From a virus (lineage: Duplodnaviria > Caudoviricetes): DNA of 64,000 nt. Position numbers and translations under genes: made by a program. The notes under the pieces were generated by a model that was not told where the DNA came from, made no database searches, and worked only from the letters and a program-made list of their open reading frames with translations. Every line of letters starts with the position of its first letter. Position 1 is the first letter of the stretch. The stretch lies in the IMG/VR virus record IMGVR_UViG_3300020438_000019, positions 16,894 to 80,893 of that record; one strand, written 5' to 3'. Below, piece by piece: positions 10,395 to 20,400 of this stretch.

Positions 10395-11420
10395 ATGGCA
10401 CTGCTAGTACCTAATATTGGCGAACTTGAGTCACTTCGTTATCTCGTTAACCAGAACAACTTCGTTTTGGATAGAGAGGATAATGCACCAAGGGATCTAA
10501 TTCTTAAGCTTTACACTACTGACACCACTCCTGCTGAAGCAGACGTGCCTAGTGTTACAGCATATTATGAACCATACCAAGATGGTAATACAAACAAGTA
10601 TGGACAAACTGTAAATACAGGGTATCCTCTTTGTATTAACAACCGTACAGAAGCAAGATACGATTATACTGATCAGTATGGTATTCTCCTAAATGGTGGG
10701 CAGTGGAAAATTAATCAAGATTCTACTGCTGGTGTTGTAACAACTGCTACTTATCCAGAACAGACTTTCACATTTGATGCTGCTGCTGGTAATGTCTACG
10801 GTTATTATATTGTAAGAGCAAATAACATGCCTCTTGCGATTCAAGGTGTTGCTGATGCTGCTTCAGGTGCTGCTGCTACTACTCTAACAAAGGGAGATAA
10901 CACAAACGTATGTATTGGAGTTATTGGTAACGACTATGTTACACTTCCTAACGTAGCTTCTGTAATGGATAACATTACAATCGGAATGGCTATTGGTGGT
11001 AACGCTGCTGTTCCTGCTGGTACAGTTATTGGTGGTATTGATCGTGCTCTTCGCCGTATCTACCTTGTAGATTCTGCTAATGTTTCTGTTGCTCTAACTG
11101 ATAACATTCAGGGTGCTACTGACCCAAGTATCACACTTGACTATACTTCAGTAACTGCTATTCAAGCTCACGGTTTACAACCAGGCGATGTTATTTACGT
11201 TGCACGTGGTACTTCAAACACTACAACTACTGAACAGACATATACAATCTTCAGTACACCTTCAACATCAACCTTCACTACAACTCCTGCATTGGATGGA
11301 ACTGGTAACCTAACTCTTTACAGCAGCATAATGTTCGCTGAAAGATTTACAAATGGTCCATACCCTATTCAGAACAACGGTGACCAAATTAAGGTTACAT
11401 TGAACATCAGTCTTGACTGA
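10395..11420 (+). CDS. putative tail fibre/filament structural protein (341 aa)
   Basis: Late promoter, GGAGA RBS and downstream hairpin; LKLYTTDTTP...YPEQTFTF...YGYYIV...FAERF...IKVTL pattern of phage tail-associated proteins. Confidence 0.6.
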   Translation: MALLVPNIGELESLRYLVNQNNFVLDREDNAPRDLILKLYTTDTTPAEADVPSVTAYYEPYQDGNTNKYGQTVNTGYPLCINNRTEARYDYTDQYGILLNGGQWKINQDSTAGVVTTATYPEQTFTFDAAAGNVYGYYIVRANNMPLAIQGVADAASGAAATTLTKGDNTNVCIGVIGNDYVTLPNVASVMDNITIGMAIGGNAAVPAGTVIGGIDRALRRIYLVDSANVSVALTDNIQGATDPSITLDYTSVTAIQAHGLQPGDVIYVARGTSNTTTTEQTYTIFSTPSTSTFTTTPALDGTGNLTLYSSIMFAERFTNGPYPIQNNGDQIKVTLNISLD

Positions 11421-11448
11421 TCATTTATACTATTAAGTATATCAGGAT

Positions 11449-11480
11449 GGGGGTTGGAGATATTCCACCCCCTTCTTATT
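11449..11480 (+). terminator. intrinsic terminator-like hairpin
   Basis: GGGGGTTGGA-GATA-TTCCACCCCC followed by TTCTTATT. Confidence 0.6.
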
Positions 11481-11493
11481 GTTTTCGTGAAGT

Positions 11494-14400
11494 ATGAACG
11501 AATACACCTACGATTCAAATACGATTTCTCTATATTCTACCGAAAGTTACGGCGATGTTACTGTCCTTAACGTAACGGATGATTATGGATCGATAGGTGA
11601 TGCTCCGACAAATTTAGAAGCAGAAAGTAATTTAAGTCAAGATAGTTTTGGAGAAGTCTCCATATCAGCAGATCATTACCCATTTGGAACAGCAACTATA
11701 TCTGGTGGATCACCAAGGGTAAGCTTCAGTCATGGTAATTTCGTTGCTGATGGAACTGCTCACCTCGCCTCTACCGCCTTAGAAGGCATCAGAAAGTTCT
11801 GGGTTGGTACTGGATCCCTATTTGAGATGGGTGGTGGTATGGAACGCAGCAGTGCGTTCTGGGTAGGTTCTGGTGGGATTACTGTATCTGGTACTTGTGA
11901 AGTAACAACAACATTAGATTGGAACGAATTCTTATTCGTACCATTCACTACAGAAGACTTGGGAGCTGTTGATGCAGTCCCAAGTCTTTTGGACTTTGGG
12001 GGTATACTAGATCCTAAAGATGGAGGAGAAGAATCTTGGGGATTTGTATACAATACGGATGATGTAAGAGGTGCAACATCATACCATAAGTTTAGTAATG
12101 CACCTTGGGCAGAATTTAATACTTATAGCTTTACTACAGACAGAACAGGTTCAGGTGGTCTATTTGCTGCAAGTGGTCTCTCGGAGACTAAGACCTCTAC
12201 AGAACTTGGAGATAAGACAACACTATTCAGTATAACTGGTGGAGAGATATACTCACAGACAAGTCGTGAGGTAATGTCTGGTAATGCTTCATTCGGAAGT
12301 GCTGGTGTTGAGAAGTTTGTACATGAGTTTAATGATGAGTCTGGATTTACACTAGACACAGCAGATTATGGATTAGTTTGGTATGGATTTAGTGAGACTG
12401 ATGATGATGGTAGTATTGCAGAACCTAAGTCAGGTGGTGAATATGATCATGGTGGAATTATATGGAATAACGTAGAGGCAAATACTGGTACATATGAATT
12501 GTATGGTCTCTATGATATCCAAGGAGATGGTACTTACGCTAGGTATTGGGATGGTGAAGGATCTATCCACATCACTGGACAAGACTTTACAACTAATTCA
12601 CCACATTGGACTGCATCTGGATCTTTATTCAGTGCTGGTGGTGCTGCTGAGTGTAGAACTGATACTATAGTTGGAAGTGATACAACTCTATTCACTTGGT
12701 CTGGTGCATACAGTGATCTTAAGTTCCAATATCATTGGACTGGATCTGGTTCTCTACCTGTAACTGGTGGTGTAGCAATACTAAGAACTTATGGATATGA
12801 TGATACTGCTACGATTGGATACAGTACTCAGAACTGGGGATCAATAACAGATAGTCCAGTTGATTCAGAGAATTGGGGTCTTGTTACTGAAGGATGGTTA
12901 TCAGAGAACTGGTGGTATGTCTGGCATGAGGGTGTTGCAACCTCAATGGGTGGATTTAAGGTTCGTACAGATCCTAAAGTTATTCATGATTCGACTCCAG
13001 AGAATTACTTTGATCCAACTAACCCAGGTCTTTCTGCTACCGAAGGTCACAACTTTGATACATATTCATTCACTTGGGGTCATGGGTTCGTACAAGGTGG
13101 TAATCTCTTCGGTATGGGAGGAGCTTCCGAGGCAGTTGGATATCAACCAGTTGAAGATATTGCACTGTTTACTTGGTCTGGTGCATATACTAACCTTCAA
13201 GCAACATTCAGAGAAATTGGATCTGGTTCTATATCGAGAATTGGTGGTGGAGCTGAGAGAGTCACCTTCGATTATAATGAATCATCTATTGTTCCATACT
13301 CATCAGATGATAATGGTCTGATAATAGATGCAGCAGTAGTAGTTGATCAAGGTAATGTTGCTGATATACAAGAAGGTGAAGATGATTATGGTTCTGTTCT
13401 TTATAGTTCTGTTGCATATCCTCTAGTTGGATCATATAGCATCACCAATCTACAGTTCTTTGGTGAGACTTATTCCTTCCAGAGAAGATACATTGCAGAT
13501 CCTGTATCCATATTCACTGCTCTTGGTGCTGTAGAGAGTAAGAGTACTACTGAGCTTGGTGAAGATACTTCATTAGGAGATCTTAGTGGTTCTGCTTCCC
13601 ATTATGTAATATTCAGGGAGACTGGTTCTGGTGCTATGTCCAGAATTGGTGGTGGAGTTGAGAGAGTTGTATTTGATTATAATGATAGTACAGTTGTACC
13701 ATACAGTAGTGAAGATAGTGGTCTTGTAATAGATGCTGCTACTACTGATGTTGATCTTGGTGATGTTACAGAAGTTCAGTATGGTGGTGAAGAGAATTAT
13801 GGTTTAGTTACTTACACTTCTACTGCTAATTCTGCACAGGGAACATTCACCGTCAGTCTCACAAGAGAATTGTGGACTCAGGAAGATATTGATAAGCTTA
13901 ATCCAGAATATACTACTAAACCATATGGTACATTCCCACAGGTAGGAGATGAGAAGACACAAGAAGAAGCAGGTCATCTTCGATTCATTCCTGTCTGGGG
14001 TCAAACTGGTTCTGGATCTCTATTCTCAGTTGGTGGTGCTTCTGAATCTGTAACGGTAGAACCAAATACAACTGGTATATTCCAGATGGTTGGTGGGGAT
14101 TACTATATCGGTAGTATGGTTGCAACCTTTGCCTTCCGTGAGGTTGGTTCTGGTTCTATGTCCAGAGTCGGTGGAGCTGCTGAGTCAGTAACATTCGATT
14201 ATAACGAGTCTTCTATTGTTACCTTTACTACTGAGGATGTAGGATTAGTAACAGATGCTACAAATTATCAAACTGATCATTTTGATGATGGTAGTGTAGC
14301 ACTTCCACAAGAAGCAGAGAATGATTATGGTTCAGTAATCTATGGTGAGACAGTATATCCTCTCACAGGATCTATTGATATATTCACTGCACCTGAATGG

Positions 14401-17400
14401 ATTGGTAACACATATAGATTTGTATGGAGAGCACCAGCTGGTAGTGGTGGAATACCAACTGTAGGTGGTGCTGCGGAATGTGTATCTACAACAGAACTTG
14501 GAGATTCTACAACACTATTCGATATCTACACTTCACCTGCAGGTATCGGTAACACCTATAGCTTCTGCTGGAATTACACTGGTTATGCATCAGTACCAAC
14601 TATCGGTGGTGCAGCTGAGTCTATAACATATGATTACAATGAGAATTCTATTGTTGTATTCACTACTGATGATAGTGGTCTTATAACAGATTCTGCTACT
14701 GTCTTTGACGATAGTACAGTTATAACTGCACCTCAGTCTGGTGGTGAATATGATTATGGTTGGGTATTCTGGACTAGCACAGTTCTTCCAGTTTCAGGAA
14801 CACTCCAATCTTCTGGTACTTCACCAAGTGCTACTGTATTCAGAGATCCTACACAGGGTGGATCACTATTCAGTGCTAGTGGAGCTAGTGAATGTGTTAG
14901 CACGACAGAACTTGGTGATGCTACAACACTATTTGATATCTACACTGCTCCAGCATACATTGGTAACACATATAGCTTCGTGTGGAATGCACCTCCAGGT
15001 ACAGGTGGATTATTCAGTCTTAATGGAGTTGCAGAATCTATATCATGGGCATATAACGAATCATCAATTATTCCATATGCAACAGTAGATAATGGATTGG
15101 TAGTTGATTCTGTAACTGTAGTTGATGACTATGGTTCAGTAATAGAATCTCAATATGGTGGAGAATATGATCAGGGACAGATTATATTCACATCTACTGC
15201 TACTCCATTCGGATCACTCAACTTAAGTCTAACAAGAGAACTGTGGACTCAGGCAGAGATTGATGAGTTACCTCCTACTTACGAGACAAAACCTTACGGT
15301 ACATTCCCAGTTGCAGGTCAAGAGAAGACTCAAGAAGAATCTGGTGATGTTAAGTACAAACCTATCTGGGGTCAGATTGGTGAAGGTTCTCTATATTCTG
15401 TAGGTGGTGCTGCTGAATGTATTGCTTATCAACCAACTGAGGATACAGCACTATTTGATATCTTCACTGCACCTCAATACATTGGTAACACTTACAGATA
15501 TGCATGGAGTTATGTTGGTTACTATAACTTACCTACTATTGGTGGTGCTGCTGAGTCAGTAACATTCGATTACAATGAATCTTCTATCAACGTATTCTCT
15601 GTTGATGATGAAGGTAACATTGTTGATAACGCAACAGTATTTGGTGAGTATGGCGACCTTAACATCCAACAAGGTGAAGATGATTACGGAACAGTAATTT
15701 GGACTTCTACAACATATCCTCTAACAGGAACACTCCAGACATCAGGTATTGGTTCAGAGTATGTTGTATTCAGAGATCCTACCACTGGTGGTTCTCTATT
15801 CAGTGCTGGTGGATCTGTCGAGAGTAAGACCTCTACTGAGTTTGGTGAAGATACATCACTTGGAGATCTTAGTGGTACTGGTATTCTATCCAAAACTAAG
15901 GATTGGGTTGGATCTGGATCACTATTTACTGCTCTTGGTGCTGCTGAGTCTGCAACATTCGATTACAACGAATCTTCCATCGTTACACACACAAGTGATG
16001 ACTATGGATTAATAGTAGATGCTTCTACTACCAATGTTGATCAAGGTAATGTTGCTGATATACAAGAGGGTGAAGATGATTACGGTTCAGTAATTTACAC
16101 TGAAACTGTCTATCCTACAACTGGATTAGTAACTCTTACTACTGCACCTCAGTTTATTAATAATACTTACAGCTTCTGTTGGAACTTTGTATCAGATGCT
16201 GGATCTCTATTCAGTGCTGGTGGTGCTGCTGAGTCTGCAACGGTTGATTGGGAATCAACAGGTCTCTTTGATGTCTTTACTGCATCTCAGTTTATTGGTA
16301 ACACATATAGCTTCGTATGGAATGCACCTCCAGGTACAGGTGGACTATTCTCTATTGGTGGTGCTGCTGAGTCTATTACATGGAACTATGCTCCTGGTCC
16401 AGTACTTCCATTCAGTACTACTGATTGGGGTGCAGTAGCTGATGCAACACATCCAACTAATGATGTAATCAATTACGGTGATCTTGGATTGTTCGATGAG
16501 GACACAGAAGATTACGGATTCGTAATTTACACATCTGAGACTGTTTCCAACTCTGGAACATATACCTTAAGTTTAACAAGAGCACTGTGGACTCAAGAAG
16601 AAATTGATGCACTTAACCCAGAGTATCTAACTGAGCCATATGGTACATTCCCACAGGTAGGGGATGAGAAGACTCAAGAAGAATCTGGTGATATTAAATA
16701 CGAACCATCTTACGCACATATTGGTGGCGGTACATTATTCACTGCTGGTGGTGCTGCTGAGGCTGCTGTCTATCAACCTACTGAGGATACTGTACTATTC
16801 ACTGCATTCACAGCACCTCAATTTATTGGTAACACCTATAGGTTTATTTGGAATGCACCTCCAGGCACAGGTGGATTGTTCAGTGTTGGTGGATGTGTAG
16901 AATCTAGATCTTATGTTTATAACGAATCTGGTGTTGTTACGTATGGTACTGTTGATTATGGATCAGTAACAGATCTAACACATCCAACCAATGATGCAAT
17001 CAATTATGGTGAGGTTGCACTACCTCAATCTGATGGTGAAGTAGACTACGGTTCCGTTCTCTACACCTCTACCACATATCCAACAACAGGTACTTACGTT
17101 GTTGATGGTGCTGTTACCCAGTCATTCAGTAAGGGTCTATACACTGGTGGTGGTTCTCTATTCGCTACAAGTGGTGCTGGTGAATGTGTATCTACTACTG
17201 AGTTTGGTGAGGATACATCACTTGGAGATCTTGGTGGTTCTGGTTCACAGTCACGTACTGTTGTTGAAATTGGATCTGGATCAATATTCAGAGCTGGTGG
17301 TGCTGCTGAGTGTAGGACATATGATTATGATCAGAGTGCTATCGTTGTATTCACATCAACTGATCATGGTCTAGTAGTAGACAGTGTAGTTACATCAGAT

Positions 17401-20400
17401 GATCAGGGTAGTGTTGATACTATTCAGTCTGGTGGTGAATATGATTATGGAACTGTACTTTACAGTGCTAATGCAATACCAGTAACAGGTACTTACGTTG
17501 TTGATGGTGCTGTATCTACTGCGTTTGTCTTTGGTAACTTTACTGGTTCTGGATCACTATTCACTGCTGGTGGTTCTGCTGAATCTTCAACATACTCACC
17601 TGAGAATGATACCTGTCTATATGATATCTTTACTGCTCCGCAGTTTATTGGTAACACATACAGCTTCGTATGGAATGCACCTCCAGGCACAGGTGGATTG
17701 TTTAGTGTTGGTGGATGTGTTGAAGTTAGAACATACGCTTACAATGAATCTGCTAGTCAGGCATTTAGCACTGAGGATAACGGTCTCATATCTGATGCTG
17801 TTACAACAACTGATGATCATGGTGACTTTGGATATGTTGGTGACGACACCGAGGATCATGGTCAGGTATGGTTGGGTGCTACCAATGGTGCTGCTGCAAA
17901 TGGATTCCTTACCTTCGGTGGTGAAGTATTCGAGATCTACAAACCAGCATATGCACATACTGGTGAAGGTTCATTATTTACTACTCTTGGTGCTGCAGAA
18001 TCCTTTACCACGACAGAGTTTGGAGAGGACACATCACTTGGTGATCTAAGTGGTACTCATTCTATAGTAAGAACATTCAGTGAGGTTGGAACTGGTTCTA
18101 TCTTTACTGTTGTTGGTGGTGCTGAGTCTAGAACCTACAACTATGATATCAACCTCACCGCCATAACATTCCAGGATGATAATGGTTCAATAACAGATAG
18201 TGCTACTACGATTGATGATCAAGGTACGGTTCATCCACCTCAAGACGGTGGCGAATACGATTATGGATCTATTTGGATTGGTCTTGGAAGTGAACTATGG
18301 AGATCTAGTGATACTGTATCTGCTTCTGGATTTGTTCATCTTGGTCTAATAAGTGATACCGTTGGTATTGCTAGAACATTTGGACACACTGCTTCTGGAT
18401 CACTATTTGCTACTGGTGGTGCAGCAGAGGTTGTTGTATACGATTACGAAGATACAACTCTATATGATATCTTCACTGCACCTCAATACATTGGTAACAC
18501 CTACAGCTTTAGTTGGCAGTACAGTGGATCTGGTAACATCAATTCACTTAATGGATGTGCAGAATCTAGAACATGGAATTATAGCGATACCTTACCATCT
18601 GCACTCGTTGTTGATGATGAAGGTAATGTCGTTGATGCTACAACAGTATTTGCTGATTACGGTGACCTTGGTGTTAGATGGGGTGGTGAAGAAGACTACG
18701 GTTCCAACAACACACTTGCACATCCTGGTCTCGCTGCATCTGGTACTTACACAATTAGTGGTGTTGCAAATACTCCATTCGTCTGGAGAGAAGGATGTGA
18801 AGGTGGTACGTATCTAGTTTCTGGTGAAGGAATAGAGAGACCTACAACAGCTCTAACTGGTGAAGGTACTGCATACATTTACACTGCACCTCAGTTTGTT
18901 GGTAACACATATGCATTCACTTGGGGTCATGGATTTGTACAGTCTGGATCTCTATTCAGTGCTGGTGGTGCAGCTGAGTCTACTACAACCAACCCACCAG
19001 AGGATACATTACTCTACACATTTGCTGGTACTAGAGTATCAGAACTTCGTACATATGCTGAGTCTGGATCTGGTTCCATCACTCTATCTGGTTCAGGTTC
19101 CGAACTTTACACTGGTGCATTTGAAGGATCTGGTACTGTTACTCTATCTGGTACAGGTGCAGAGAGCAAGTCGTTTGCTAACTTTGACGGATCTGGTTCA
19201 CTATTCACTGCTGGTGGAGCAGTTGAAATGGTTGCTGTTCTTGAAGGTGGAATCGGTCTTTGGACTTACAGTGGTTCTGGTATCGAGAAGCATACAGAGA
19301 GATGGATCGGTTCTGGATCTGCAACTGTATCTGGTGCTGGTCTTGAGGTATATTCCAGAGGTACGGTTACTGGATCTGGTACGGTTACATTATCTGGTAC
19401 TAAGGCAGAAAGCTTTACTCCAGCACCTGAGATTGGAACTGGTTCTATCTTTACTATTGGTGGTGCTTCTGAGTCTGCGACTGTTGATTGGGAATCTACA
19501 GGTCTCTTCAATGTTATTGGTTCCACTCATTATAACTTCTCACTCAGACATATTGGTTCTGGTTCACTATTCACTTCCAGTGGTGCTGCTGAATCCACAA
19601 CTACCAATCCTCCAGAAAATACTGCACTATTCGCAGTTGGTGGTACTAAGGCAGAAAGCTTTACTCCTGCAACTCATGTTGGATCTGGATCTATCACTCT
19701 ATCTGGTGCTGGTTCTGAGAATTACACTGGTGCATGTACTGGTTCTGGTACTGCAACTATCACTGGTGAAGCAGATCTCATCTACCGTGTTAGATACTTT
19801 GGTTCTGGTTCACTATTCACTGCTGGTGGTGCTGCTGAATCTGTTACAACCAATCCACCTGATAGTACTTCACTCCATCAAATTAGTGGTACTAGAGTTG
19901 AGAAAGCAGTATTCAGAGAAATCGGATCTGGATCTATCAGTTTCTCTGGTACTTCTCCACTTACCCGTTACATTCCACATATCACTGGTAGTGGTACTTA
20001 CACAGTTGGTGGTGCATGTACATTCAAGGTTCGTTACATCCTTGGTGGTTCTGGTAACATCTCCACATTTGGTGGTTCTGCCGAGGCAGTTGGTACTAAT
20101 CCTCCAGAGGATATTGCACTATTCGTTTGGTCTGGTATTGGCGAGAGTCAATGGTCACCTTCTTGGGTTGGTCAAGGTTCTTACTTCACATCTGGAGAAA
20201 TCCCAGAACCACTTATCACGAAACACTGGACTGCATCTGGTTCACTGTTCTCAGTTGGTGGTGCTGCAGAAAGCTTCTCTGCAAATATCGATGGTATTGG
20301 TCTATACGATATCAGTGGTGCATACTCAGATCTCAAGGCAACATACAGAGAAATTGGATCTGGATCTCTTTGGACAGCAAGTGGAGCATCAGAGTCTGTT

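Noticed and set aside
12860-18817. Shorter +1-frame ORFs (78-183 aa) in the first two thirds of the giant gene
   Set aside because: Frequently interrupted by stops and consistent with a codon-bias shadow; used as background for the 998-codon frame.
18850-20150. Canonical slippery heptamer explaining entry into the alternative frames
   Set aside because: No convincing X XXY YYZ site found by eye near either boundary, so the entry mechanism is left open.
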